Positions 17,944 to 28,069 of a stretch of 64,000 bases of DNA are shown one piece after another. Location: assembly GCA_049513195.1 (NCBI GenBank), contig JBEKWJ010000028.1, positions 31,600 through 95,599 on the forward strand, in the 5' to 3' direction. The stretch's first letter is position 1. Every line of letters begins with the position of its first letter. Source of the DNA: Terracidiphilus sp. Lineage in GTDB: Bacteria > Acidobacteriota > Terriglobia > Terriglobales > Acidobacteriaceae. Under the pieces are notes generated by a model. The model had not been told where the DNA came from and did no database searches. It worked only from the letters and a program-made list of their open reading frames with translations. The translations under genes and the position numbers were made by a program.

Positions 17944-19812
17944 ATGCGATCGATTACTCTTGTATCCGCGCGGAGACTGCTGCTGGCAGCCGCAGCGACC
18001 GCGTTTCTGACGCTATTAACGGCTCCTTTGCAAGCCCAGGATGATCCGCCCGCGCAGGCAGGCAGGCTCTCCTTTGTCTCCGGCGCGGTGTCCGTGCAGC
18101 CGGTGGGCTCAGACGACTGGGGGCAGGCTACGGTCAATCTTCCGATAGGTCCGGGCGACCGCGTCTTCACAGACTTTGATGGCCGCGCCGAAATTCAAGT
18201 GGGCCAGACCTTCATTCACATCGGACCGGATACCGACGTGAGTTTCGTCGATCTCAGTCCCTACGGTCTTTCGATTGGCGTCGCCCAGGGTTCGGTCCAT
18301 ATTCACTGCCACGGACTGTGGCAGGACCAGTGGCTGCACGTCAATACGCCCAGCGGCAGCGCCGGCCTTTCTCAGACCGGAGAGTTGCGCGTGGATGTGA
18401 TGCCCGATGAGGATGCGACGCTCTTCACCAACTACTCCAACGATGTGCTCATCTCCGGGGCGGGAGGATTCGCGCAGTACATCGGCAGAGGACAGGCCCT
18501 GGAGCTGGCCGGTTCCAACCCCGTTGTTCCGCAGTGGCTGCAACCCGCGGACTGGGATGATTTGGACCAGTGGAGCCACAGACGCGATGAGCAAATCATG
18601 CACTCCGCCTCTTACCGCTATGTGAGCCCCGAGATTCCGGGTGCCTACGAGCTGGACGCCAGTGGCGTTTGGCTGCCGGGCACCGAATACGGCGCCATCT
18701 GGTTCCCCAATAGCGTTCCCACAGGCTGGGCGCCCTACCACTATGGCCACTGGGTGAATCACGCACCGTGGGGCTGGGTATGGGTCGAGGACGAGCCTTG
18801 GGGGTACGCGCCCTTCCACTATGGCCGCTGGGTTTCCTTCGCTGGTCGCTGGGGATGGATTCCCGGACCTCCGGCTGCGCATCCTGTCTGGTCACCCGCG
18901 TTAGTCGTCTTTGCTGGCGGCATTCATGTGGGCGGCATGGGCGTCTCGGCCTGGTTCCCGCTGGGCCCTGGCGAGGCTTACCGGCCCTGGTATCCGTGCA
19001 GCCCTCGCTACATCGATCAGGTGAATATCTCCAACATCTCTGAGAGTCCGCGTGTTCACGTGCAAACCACCTACGTAAACATCAATGTGGTCAACGTCAC
19101 CTATGTCAATCGCACCATCGGCGTTTCGGCCATGAACCATGCGGACTTTGCCGCCGGCCGCTCGGCGCACCAGGCCACGGTCGTTGTGGATGTTCATCTC
19201 TTCGACCATGTGCAGGTGCTGCAGCGTCCGGAAGTCCAACCGAACCCGCACGTCTTTGCCGGTCCGCCGCCTGTCCGGCCGGTGCGCGTGAATATCGCGC
19301 GCCCGGTTCTCATCAACGAGAAAGGCAAACTCACCTCGGCCAAGCCTGGAGCTCCACCCGTGGAACCGCCGGTGAAGGCTGCGCCTCCCGTCAGGGTTCT
19401 GCCGGGTCGCACCGTGGTTGCTCCGCCGCCGGGAGCCAAAACCCCGCCCATAACGCCTCCCGTGATGATGGCTCCAGTGGCAAAGCCTGCGCAGGTCGCT
19501 CCTCCGGTTGCGGTTCCAGCTTCCAAACCAATCGACAGGCCGATGGACAGAGGAGCTAAGCCAGCTGCGCCACCCGTGACCGCGCCTGCGGCAAAGCCTC
19601 TGGCCGAGCCAATGGAGAAGCCGGCTGCGCCGCCAGTGGTGAAGAATCCTCCTCCGCCACCAACCAAACCAGTTGCGCCGCCTGCCCCGAAGCCTCCGAT
19701 GCCGCCCGCGGCCCAGCCTGCTCCCAAACCTGCTCCGCCAGCACCGCCCAAGCCGCCGCAAGACAGGAAGGACGACAAGGAGAAAAAGGACGACAAGAGG
19801 CCAGAACACTAG
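17944..19812 (+). CDS. Secreted FecR-like + DUF6600 (WxPY/W-rich) protein with Pro-rich tail (ORF from 17818)
   Basis: Signal peptide, DDPPAQAGRLSFVSG FecR-like start, GWAPYHYGHW and WGYAPFHYGRW repeats, long PPAP/PKPP tail. Confidence 0.75.
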   Translation: MRSITLVSARRLLLAAAATAFLTLLTAPLQAQDDPPAQAGRLSFVSGAVSVQPVGSDDWGQATVNLPIGPGDRVFTDFDGRAEIQVGQTFIHIGPDTDVSFVDLSPYGLSIGVAQGSVHIHCHGLWQDQWLHVNTPSGSAGLSQTGELRVDVMPDEDATLFTNYSNDVLISGAGGFAQYIGRGQALELAGSNPVVPQWLQPADWDDLDQWSHRRDEQIMHSASYRYVSPEIPGAYELDASGVWLPGTEYGAIWFPNSVPTGWAPYHYGHWVNHAPWGWVWVEDEPWGYAPFHYGRWVSFAGRWGWIPGPPAAHPVWSPALVVFAGGIHVGGMGVSAWFPLGPGEAYRPWYPCSPRYIDQVNISNISESPRVHVQTTYVNINVVNVTYVNRTIGVSAMNHADFAAGRSAHQATVVVDVHLFDHVQVLQRPEVQPNPHVFAGPPPVRPVRVNIARPVLINEKGKLTSAKPGAPPVEPPVKAAPPVRVLPGRTVVAPPPGAKTPPITPPVMMAPVAKPAQVAPPVAVPASKPIDRPMDRGAKPAAPPVTAPAAKPLAEPMEKPAAPPVVKNPPPPPTKPVAPPAPKPPMPPAAQPAPKPAPPAPPKPPQDRKDDKEKKDDKRPEH

Positions 19813-19837
19813 AGCGAAATCAGGGTAGCTGCATCAA

Positions 19838-19873
19838 GGGCCGCTACGAGAGAGCGCGGCGGCCCGTTTTTTT
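19838..19873 (+). terminator. Intrinsic terminator
   Basis: GGGCCGC...GCGGCCC stem followed by a T7 tract. Confidence 0.7.
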
Positions 19874-19929
19874 CAGTCAACCAAAACTCCCGGCTTTCCT
19901 CTCTGAGTTTTTCAATTCTGCGCGATGCC

Positions 19930-21306
19930 TTATCGCGACGGAGAGGATTGCGCACAAGGCATCCGATCACATTCTCCCAGAGCGCGCGCAAACGACAGAA
20001 AGACCAGAGCCGCCGGCGAGTATCCGCCTGGATCGGGCTGCGTAAAGTCACCCGTCAGAGGGTCCATCTGCTGACGAAACTCGCCGTGCCGCAGGATGGC
20101 TTCGCACCATTGCCGCATAAGATGGTCGAGTTCTGCCTGCTTGCCGTAGTGCGTCATCCAGCGCGGCGCGCGCAAAGCCGTCAGCGCCTGCGAAGCGCCG
20201 CCCCACGAGTTGCGCGGAATGGGACGAACGAAGGCAGGATCGTCTTGAGCAATGCTCGAGAATGGATACGGAGCCCAGAAGGCCTTGGGGTTATGCAGTT
20301 GGCGGCTCCAGAGAGCCTCGAAGATCGCTTTGTCGCGCGCTTGCGATATGTCCAGAACATGCTCGCCGAGAACCCGGCTGATGACGTCGGACCGTACGCG
20401 AACGAAGTTGCCCTGCGCATCTAAATCATAGAAGGCCGCATCTTCTGGCGAGTAAAGCTTGCCGAGAATCAGTAGGCGTATGGTTTCAGCATCGGCTTGC
20501 CAGCGATCTGCTTCGCCGCTCTTGCCCAGGGCGCGGGCCATCGCCGTCAGTGCCATCCGCCCGCCATAAACCGTAGCCGATAGGTCCGGGCAAAGCCGCG
20601 GCATCGAGGCCAGCGGCGGGCATTTGCGCGCATCGGCATCAGGACAGCGATTCGGAATCCCACTCCATCGCGGACTGTTATCGTGGCCCGTGTCATAGGT
20701 GCAAAATCCCTCCACCAGGCCGGTCTTGCGCGTATTGCGATATTGCCTCAGCCAGGCATCCCAACGGCTGCACGCGCGGTAAGCCACATTCAGCAGTTGC
20801 TCATCGCCGGTCAGTTGGGCCAGTTCCCATGCTGTAGCGGCGATGGGCACAACCATCTGAATTTGTCCGTAGCCGATCTCGGTAGTCTTCACGCTCGCGG
20901 GCAGTTGGCCGTCCGACCGTTGCAACTCGAAAAAAGCCATGTGATTATTGCGAGCAGCCTCAAGCGAAGTGATCTTTGCCGGAGGAATATATTTGGCCAG
21001 AGTTGCGTAGACCAAGCCCTCATGCGGTCCGCATTCCTGCCAAATGCCCTGGTAGGTGCTGCCTTCAAAGAGAAGCGTCCGCTGATAGTTGGGGACGGCT
21101 CGCAAATTAGCAGCCAGCACGGCCACAGCGGCGTCCCATGTGCGCTTCCATGACAGATCGTTCGAGTCAGGCCCGGCGGGCTTCAAAGACTGCAGCCCAT
21201 CCTGCGCAAGAAATTGGAGCGGACGCAATGCGAGTGCTGCCCCGGCTGCTCCTGCGCTTGCAAGGAACCGTCTGCGGCTTTGCGTCAATGCTTCAAAGTA
21301 CGGCAT
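19930..21306 (-). CDS. Tat-exported (alpha/alpha)6 glycoside hydrolase-like protein (MGH1/GH63-trehalase-like)
   Basis: SRRRFLASAGAAG twin-arginine signal; YDTGHDNSPRW, FYDLDA and NSWGG motifs. Confidence 0.65.
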   Translation of the reverse strand: MPYFEALTQSRRRFLASAGAAGAALALRPLQFLAQDGLQSLKPAGPDSNDLSWKRTWDAAVAVLAANLRAVPNYQRTLLFEGSTYQGIWQECGPHEGLVYATLAKYIPPAKITSLEAARNNHMAFFELQRSDGQLPASVKTTEIGYGQIQMVVPIAATAWELAQLTGDEQLLNVAYRACSRWDAWLRQYRNTRKTGLVEGFCTYDTGHDNSPRWSGIPNRCPDADARKCPPLASMPRLCPDLSATVYGGRMALTAMARALGKSGEADRWQADAETIRLLILGKLYSPEDAAFYDLDAQGNFVRVRSDVISRVLGEHVLDISQARDKAIFEALWSRQLHNPKAFWAPYPFSSIAQDDPAFVRPIPRNSWGGASQALTALRAPRWMTHYGKQAELDHLMRQWCEAILRHGEFRQQMDPLTGDFTQPDPGGYSPAALVFLSFARALGECDRMPCAQSSPSR

Positions 21307-21320
21307 GAAGACCCTTTCCC

Positions 21321-21428
21321 TCAGTGCGAAGAAGGTCCGTCTTCCTTGCTGCTGGTGGCGAAAAGAATCCCCACCACAAAAATCACCACAATGAGAGAGA
21401 CGACGAAGAAAGGGGAAGCAAGATTCAT
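21321..21428 (-). CDS. Putative 35-aa single-pass small membrane protein
   Basis: MNLASPFFVVSLIVVIFVVGILFATSSKEDGPSSH; AGGAG RBS 8 nt upstream of the ATG. Confidence 0.5.
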   Translation of the reverse strand: MNLASPFFVVSLIVVIFVVGILFATSSKEDGPSSH

Positions 21429-21498
21429 TGCGCAGACTCCTGCGGTTAGATTACCAAATCTCAAATTCTCTGCAATCTCTCCGCTGGCAACGAACCGT

Positions 21499-21996
21499 TC
21501 AGGCTCCTGGAGCGGCATCAACATCGGTCTGAAGCGAACCGCCTAACCGCGTCAGCATATCCGTAAAAACTGCGACTTCCGCAGCGCTCAGCGGCTGCAA
21601 AAAACGCTGCTGCGCGCGCAACAAGCGAGGCCCAAGCCTGGCAAAGTTCTTGGCGCCTTTCGCGGTCAATCGGACGATATGGGTGCGCCTATCTTCGAGA
21701 TCACGCTCCCTGCGCACCCAACCCCCAGACTCCAGGGCATCCAGGTAGAGGACCATGGAGGATTTCTCGATCCGCGTCAACTCTCCCAGCCGTCTCTGGC
21801 TCATGCCGCCCCGGTCAGACAATACGCCGAGCACTGCAAGCTGGCCTGGATGAAGGCCACTGCCCTCGATCGCTTCAACAGCAGCATCGCGCAAGTGCGA
21901 CTGGGCCAGGTGCAGCAAAAAGCCGATGCTTGTCAGCGATGGTGAATCGACGCGCAGCTGTTTTTTCAAATTCGGCACGGATAAACACGCCTCCAT
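21499..21996 (-). CDS. MarR-family transcriptional regulator
   Basis: SQRRLGELTRIEKSSMVLYLDALESGGWVRRERDLEDRR winged HTH. Confidence 0.9.
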   Translation of the reverse strand: MEACLSVPNLKKQLRVDSPSLTSIGFLLHLAQSHLRDAAVEAIEGSGLHPGQLAVLGVLSDRGGMSQRRLGELTRIEKSSMVLYLDALESGGWVRRERDLEDRRTHIVRLTAKGAKNFARLGPRLLRAQQRFLQPLSAAEVAVFTDMLTRLGGSLQTDVDAAPGA

Positions 21997-22058
21997 TCAC
22001 TCTAAAATAATATCATCTAATTATAGACATTTATTTCAAATCTTGCTACTCTTGCTCC

Positions 22059-23762
22059 ATGTCACGACAATGGTGGTTTACTCGTCGTCCAAAACGTGTG
22101 GCAGCGCCGCTGACTCTCAGTCTTGAGAGTCAGGTTTTGAGCCGCTTAAGAACGCTTCCCGTCTCGCCTTTAGCACTTCTACTGTTGGCGATCACAACAG
22201 GCCTTTCAGCGGTTTCGACCTGTGCAGCCCAGACCGGGACACTCCCCGACGCGTTCCTCGTTCAGACAACCAGCGGCCCACTGCGAGGAGTGGCGCGGCC
22301 AGACGGTGGTGCGGAGTTTCTCGGGATTCCTTACGCTCAACCACCGGTGGGCGATCTACGCTGGCGTGAGCCACTGCCCGTCAAGCCGTGGGCGGGAGTT
22401 CGCGCGGCTGGCAGCTTCGGCGCTCCCTGCGCGCAGCCGTTGATGGCGGACTGGAACCGGCATGACGCCGAAGCAGGCGTGGAAGATTGCCTCTTTCTCA
22501 ATGTGGTGACCGCCGTTTGGCCGGCCAGGCAGCCCCTTCCGGTCATGCTCTGGCTGCATGGCGGTGGCAATGAAGGCGGATCGGCTTCGAATGCATTCTA
22601 CAATGGCGGAACGCTGGTCAATCACGGCGTCCTGCTGGTTACTGTCAACTACCGTCTGGGTATCTTCGGCTTCATTGCGCATCCCGCATTGAGCGCCGAA
22701 TCAGCGCATCGCAGCTCGGGAAACTATGGCCTCATGGATCAGATTCTTGCCTTGCGCTGGGTGCGCGAAAACATCGGGAACTTTGGCGGAGATCCTAACA
22801 ACATTACCGTTTTTGGCGAGTCGGCGGGCGCAATCGACACCGGTTTGCTGATGACTTCCGATCTTTCCAAAGGCCTCTTTCAGCGCGCCATTGCCGAAAG
22901 CGGCACATCGTTCGGTCATCCGTTGTTGCCGCTCGACGCTGCCGAAAAGGCCGGCGAGGCATTTGTCTCTAACCTCAAGCTTCCCGCCGGCGCGGAGGGC
23001 TTGAAGCAGTTGCGTCAACTGACGGCGCAGCAACTGCTGACATTGAAGTTCAGCCAGAGTCCGTACTCGCACTTCGGTGCAGATATCGATGGATGGGTCA
23101 TCTCCCATCAGCCAGCATCAGTCTTTGCCGCAGGTAAAGAGGCCGCGATTCCATTGCTCTTCGGCACCACGTCGCGAGAGCTCGGTGCCGCAAGTTGGCG
23201 TTTGCCCTCGGCCCCGGATCCATTGCGCAAGGCCATCGCGGATTTTTTTGGCGAACTTGCTCCGAGAGCGCTCGCTGCCTATGGGTTGGCCGAGGGCGCA
23301 CCGCCCAGCAACGACATGTTTTACGGATCCCAGGCCGACCAATGGGCCGCCGATCTTTTTATTCGCTGCCCGGCCACGGCACAAGGGGGCTGGCACTACG
23401 CCGCCCATCATCCAACCTATGAATTTGAATTTGCCCACGCAATTCCCGGCCAGGAAGCGCAGGGCGCCATCCACGGAGCGGAGCTTGTCTATATCTTCGG
23501 AGACTTCCCCAAGTGGGGCAATTATGGCAATAAATTTACCGATACAGACAGTCAACTCTCCAGTTTAATGGTGAGTTATTGGACCAACTTTGCCAAGACC
23601 GGAAATCCAAACTCCGCAGGCCTGCCGGAGTGGCCCCAGTTGGGCGCTGAGCGAAAGTACATTCGATTTGCCCAGGACGGCAAAGTGGTTCAGTTGACGA
23701 GTTTGCGCGCCGGTACGTGCGGAGTATACAGGGATTCACTCACATCGCAAACTATCCATTAG
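22059..23762 (+). CDS. Type-B carboxylesterase/lipase
   Basis: FLGIPYAQPPVGDLRW, EDCLFLNV, WLHGGG, GESAG nucleophile, HGAEL catalytic His. Confidence 0.9.
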   Translation: MSRQWWFTRRPKRVAAPLTLSLESQVLSRLRTLPVSPLALLLLAITTGLSAVSTCAAQTGTLPDAFLVQTTSGPLRGVARPDGGAEFLGIPYAQPPVGDLRWREPLPVKPWAGVRAAGSFGAPCAQPLMADWNRHDAEAGVEDCLFLNVVTAVWPARQPLPVMLWLHGGGNEGGSASNAFYNGGTLVNHGVLLVTVNYRLGIFGFIAHPALSAESAHRSSGNYGLMDQILALRWVRENIGNFGGDPNNITVFGESAGAIDTGLLMTSDLSKGLFQRAIAESGTSFGHPLLPLDAAEKAGEAFVSNLKLPAGAEGLKQLRQLTAQQLLTLKFSQSPYSHFGADIDGWVISHQPASVFAAGKEAAIPLLFGTTSRELGAASWRLPSAPDPLRKAIADFFGELAPRALAAYGLAEGAPPSNDMFYGSQADQWAADLFIRCPATAQGGWHYAAHHPTYEFEFAHAIPGQEAQGAIHGAELVYIFGDFPKWGNYGNKFTDTDSQLSSLMVSYWTNFAKTGNPNSAGLPEWPQLGAERKYIRFAQDGKVVQLTSLRAGTCGVYRDSLTSQTIH

Positions 23763-23994
23763 ACATTGATGGGAAAGATGATCTCGTACTATTCGAGAGC
23801 ACCACCCAGCCAATGTAGATTTACGATGCCGTAAAGCAGCACCAAATGAACCCAGAAATCGATTCATAGATGACCATTAGCACTGCGCCTGAATTCGCTA
23901 TGTTTTCGCAACGCATCACAATTTCCAATAAGAATTGAGCGATCTTGCTCAGCCAAGTCTGGCTGCCGCTCATTAACTTGGACATGCCACGTGA

Positions 23995-24010
23995 TGTGAG
24001 CATTCTCACT
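23995..24010 (+). promoter_or_regulatory. CRP/FNR-family-like site upstream of the ice-binding protein gene
   Basis: TGTGA-GCATTC-TCACT, 9/10 match to TGTGA-N6-TCACA, 60 bp upstream of the ATG. Confidence 0.5.
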
Positions 24011-24069
24011 TCAATGGCAAAAACCGAGTGTTGGACACCCTGCCATCGTAGTCAAACGAGAGGTTACAA

Positions 24070-25965
24070 ATGTGCAAATATAGGATTGGTATTACGTGTT
24101 TCATGGCGTCGTTGTTGGTCGTTTTCGTTGCCGGATGCGGCCAGGAAACGGTCACTATCCCATCCGTGGTGTCCAGCACTCCAGCTCAGGGCGCTACCGA
24201 TGTTGTGATTAATACGGCCATTAATGCTACCTTCAGCATTCCGATGAACCCCGCATCGATCAATGCCACAACTTTCAGCGTAACTAATTCCGGCGGAGCC
24301 GTGGCCGGTACTGTCACCTACTCAGGTACCACTGCTACCTTTACGCCCTCCGCCAACCTGGCATACGGTGCTCTTTATACGGCCACCATCACCACCGGAG
24401 CTACAGGCCTCGGCGGCACTCCGCTGATTGCGAGCTACGTGTGGACCTTCACTCCGATCACTCCTCCCCCTTTGATTACCGCAGCGCCGACGGTGGCAAT
24501 AACCAGCCCCGTAAGTTCGCCCGAGAACATGAACGTACCCCTCAATCAACTCATCAGCGCCACGTTCAGCGAGCCGATGAATTCCGCTTCGATCATCTCC
24601 GCCAACTTTACACTGACAGGACCGGGCACCACTTCAGTCTCAGGCCTGGTTAATTATGCGGCGATTGGAAATGAGTTGGTGTTTGAGCCATCGGGGAATT
24701 TGCAGCCTAACACGACATATACAGCTACGATCACAACCGGCGTTGAGAACGCAGCCGATCAACCACTGGCCAATAAGTACGTCTGGACCTTCGAGACCGG
24801 CACGACATTGAACACAACCTCGCCGGAGCTGGTTTCGACGGTCCCTGGAGATACGGCTCCCGCTGTGCAGGCCATAAACGTTCCTTTGAATCAGGCCGTC
24901 AACGCAACGTTCAACGAGGCGATGAATCCGCTGACCCTCACCACGGCCACCTTCCTGCTTTATCCGGGTACGGCAGTGAGCGGCACTCCGATTGCTGGAG
25001 CGGTCTCTTATAATGCGACCACGTTCATTGCCACTTTCACGCCCACGGCCCCGCTTACCGCCAACTCGAGTTATACAGCGACAGTGAGTGGAGCAATGGA
25101 CCTGGCAGGCAATACGCTCGGAACCATCGTTCCATCGCCGTTTTCCAATCCCTGGACCTTCAAGACCGGTACGGCACTCATTCAGCCGCCAGTTGTTCTT
25201 GGTCCAACCATCGCGCAATTTGGCGGACTTGGCGGCGGCGCTGGAATGACTAACCAGGGTCTCCATACGGTCATCAACAACGGAGGCATTGCGACGACCG
25301 GCGCTTCGTCACTGATCACCGGATTCCACGACACGACCCTTCCGATTGTCGGCGCTGTGTGGCCCTGCACGTATACTGAAACGCCGCAGAATTCTGGCCA
25401 GGTGAACGGAGTCATTGATACAGCCACGCCGCCTCCAACGATTAATTGCCCCAATGAAGGAACGGCTCACACCATGGCCGTCGCCACAGAGGCCGCGCTC
25501 GAAGCTCGCATAGCTTACACAACGCTTCAAGGCTTGCCCACAACCGGCGTTCTTGCCGCGGAGTTGGGCGGTACCACCATTTATCCCGGTGTCTATAAAA
25601 ACGCCAGCTCCGTAGGCATCACTCTTGGGAATCTAACGCTCGACGCACAGGGAAATCCCAACGCGTCCTGGGTTTTCCAAATCGGATCATCTCTGACCGT
25701 AGGAACACCGACATCCGCTGAAAGCGTGATCTTGATCAATGGCGCCCAAGCCGGCAACGTCTTCTGGGCGGTCGGTGGCCTTCCCGGCACGATCATCAAT
25801 TACGGTGGAGGCGGGACGATGGTAGGAACCATCATCTCTCAACCGGGAATCACGGTTTCCAGTCCCGGCCAGTCCACCTCATCCACAGTAACAACCATCA
25901 ACGGAAGAGTGCTGGCACTGGATGCCTCGACCACGATGGTGAACACCGTAATCAATGTGCCATAA
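24070..25965 (+). CDS. Lipoprotein with three Big_5-like Ig domains and a C-terminal DUF3494 ice-binding domain
   Basis: Lipobox VAGC; three repeats of 'NVP.N..I.ATFSEPMNPASI...TATITTG...YVWTF'; ELGGTTIYPGVY, LTLDAQGNPNASWVFQIGSSL, GAQAGNVFWAVG, INGRVLA. Confidence 0.85.
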   Translation: MCKYRIGITCFMASLLVVFVAGCGQETVTIPSVVSSTPAQGATDVVINTAINATFSIPMNPASINATTFSVTNSGGAVAGTVTYSGTTATFTPSANLAYGALYTATITTGATGLGGTPLIASYVWTFTPITPPPLITAAPTVAITSPVSSPENMNVPLNQLISATFSEPMNSASIISANFTLTGPGTTSVSGLVNYAAIGNELVFEPSGNLQPNTTYTATITTGVENAADQPLANKYVWTFETGTTLNTTSPELVSTVPGDTAPAVQAINVPLNQAVNATFNEAMNPLTLTTATFLLYPGTAVSGTPIAGAVSYNATTFIATFTPTAPLTANSSYTATVSGAMDLAGNTLGTIVPSPFSNPWTFKTGTALIQPPVVLGPTIAQFGGLGGGAGMTNQGLHTVINNGGIATTGASSLITGFHDTTLPIVGAVWPCTYTETPQNSGQVNGVIDTATPPPTINCPNEGTAHTMAVATEAALEARIAYTTLQGLPTTGVLAAELGGTTIYPGVYKNASSVGITLGNLTLDAQGNPNASWVFQIGSSLTVGTPTSAESVILINGAQAGNVFWAVGGLPGTIINYGGGGTMVGTIISQPGITVSSPGQSTSSTVTTINGRVLALDASTTMVNTVINVP

Positions 25966-25972
25966 GGTCTGG

Positions 25973-26001
25973 CTGAGACCGCCCTTCAAGGGCGGTCTCA
26001 G
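25973..26001 (+). terminator. Intercistronic hairpin (terminator or mRNA stabiliser) between the IBP and OmpA genes
   Basis: CTGAGACCGCCC-TTCAA-GGGCGGTCTCAG 12-bp stem, weak U-tract. Confidence 0.55.
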
Positions 26002-26075
26002 TTAGACTCGGTTCGCGTTCAGTTAACCCGCCGCTGATCTTCCACTCGTAGCGACGTGTAGTTCAGGAGACGACA

Positions 26076-27925
26076 ATGAAATTGAGTGTAAGAAAAATTG
26101 CCACAGCGGCATTTGCCATTTCTCTCATACCTGCGTTTGCGGTTCACGCACAGCAATCGGCAACTCCGCAGGATTCGAAAAGTCTGAACGCTGCCACCCC
26201 TAAGGTCGAGCTGTTTCTGGGCTACTCGTATCTGCGCTCTGTGCCGGCGCCGGCCGATGGCAACCGCCTGGTGTGGCTCAATGGCGGCAGCACATCCATC
26301 GCTTATAACTTCAACCGTCACCTGGGGCTTGTGGCTGACTTAGGCGGCTTCGATAACTCGAAGTTCCGGCTGGCAGGGACCAATGCCACGTCAGACGCAA
26401 GCGGAAGTGCCTACACGTATCTTTTTGGCCCGCGCCTTTCATTCCGAAACCATGAAAAAATCACTCCATTTGCTCAGGTTCTGTTTGGGGGCATACATGC
26501 TAGTGACGTGACGCTTTCCTCTGGTTGCACGGGTGCAGGTTGCACGCCCCTCCCAGCAGAAAATTCGTTTGCCATGACCGCCGGCGGCGGACTGGATATC
26601 AACCTGCGCCGTCATTTTGCTCTACGCATCATCCAAGCGGAGTACATGATGACCAATTTCGAAAATCACGATACTGGCAAGAGCGCGTCTCAGAATGACA
26701 TGCGTCTATCATCCGGTATCGTCTTTCGATTCGGTGGAATCGATATGCCGCGCCCTCCTGTGACTCTTGCGTGCGCCGCCAATCCGTCTTTTATCTTTCC
26801 CGGCGATCCGGTCAACCTGACAGCGACAGCTGGCAACCTGGATTCCAGAATGAATGTCGTGTATAACTGGTCCGGCGCGGGAGTTACCGGCAACGGCGCG
26901 ACAGCCACTGTATCTACCGCAACGCTTGCGCCCGGCAGTTATACCGTGAAGTGCGGCGTGAAGGAAGGCAAGCCCGGCAAGGAAGGCATCAAGCCGTGGG
27001 AGTTAGCTGATGCCTCAGCCAGTTACACAGTGAAAGCCTTCGAGCCGCCGACCATCAGTTGCTCAGCCTCGCCCAGCGCCATCAAGCCGGGTGAATCGAG
27101 CACGGTGACCGCCAGCGGACTTAGTCCGCAAAACCGTCCGTTGAGTTATAGTTACTCCCGTTGAGTTATAGTTACTCGGCAGCGCCAGGTACGGTGAGCG
27201 GGACCGGCGCGACGGCAGTTTATAACTCGACCGGCGCGCCCTCTGGCTCTGTAGCTATTGCTTGCAATGTAACGGATGACAAAGGTCAGATGGCCACGGC
27301 GAACACTACTGTGACCATTCTCGCGCCTCCGCCGCCTCCGGCTCCGCCCGCGGAGCAAGTGCGGCTCGAGGTTCGTCTGGCGCTGCACAGCATCTTCTTC
27401 CCAACCGCTCAGCCCCGCGCCGAGAAACCCAATGGCGGCTTAGTGGCCAGTCAAGAAGGAACTCTGACCACTCTCGCGACCGACTTCAAGAGTTACCTCA
27501 CATACAAGCCGGACGCCCATCTGATCTTGAGTGGACATGCGGATGTGCGCGGATCTGCCGAGTATAACCAGGCACTTACTGAACGTCGTGTCACCCGCAC
27601 AAAACAGTTCCTGGTTGAACAAGGCGTTCCCGAGACCAGCATTGAAACACGCAGCCTTGGCAAAGAGCATGAACTTACAGCCGATCAGGTGAAAGAGTTA
27701 GTCGAGCAGAATTCCGAGCTGACCGCGACGGAGCGAGATAGAATTCTTCGCGACCTGACCGTCATCGCGCTAGCTCAAAACCGCCGTGTGGACGTCACCT
27801 TGAGCACCACGGGAGAACAATCGGTGCGCCTCTATCCATTCAATGCGGCCGACTCTCTGACACTGCTCGACAAGAAGGCCCCAGCGCCCCACAAGAAGGC
27901 CGCGGCCAAGCCAGCGGTCCAGTAA
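26076..27925 (+). pseudogene. OmpA-family protein (beta-barrel + Ig/PKD-like + OmpA_C), frameshifted into ORFs 26076..27164 and 27161..27925
   Basis: N-half: signal peptide, beta-barrel strands and RLSSGIVFRF. C-half: SIFFPT, LSGHADVRGSAEYNQALTERR, QNRRVDV. An exact 20-bp tandem duplication lies at the junction. Confidence 0.85.
27138..27177 (+). repeat. 20-bp perfect tandem duplication CCGTTGAGTTATAGTTACTC x2
   Basis: Copies at 27138-27157 and 27158-27177. Confidence 0.95.
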
Positions 27926-27961
27926 AGAAGTCAACGGTGAAGTAACTCTACAGCAAACGAA

Positions 27962-27989
27962 GCGGCGCATCCCACGCGGGATGCGCCGC
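27962..27989. terminator. Hairpin between the convergent OmpA and ExbD genes
   Basis: GCGGCGCATCCC-ACGC-GGGATGCGCCGC perfect 12-bp stem. Confidence 0.65.
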
Positions 27990-28069
27990 CATCTCAATTG
28001 ACGCATCCCAGGCCCTTTCATCTATCTACTACTTCCTTGCTCTCTGCGTCTAAGACACGAATAGCTCGC

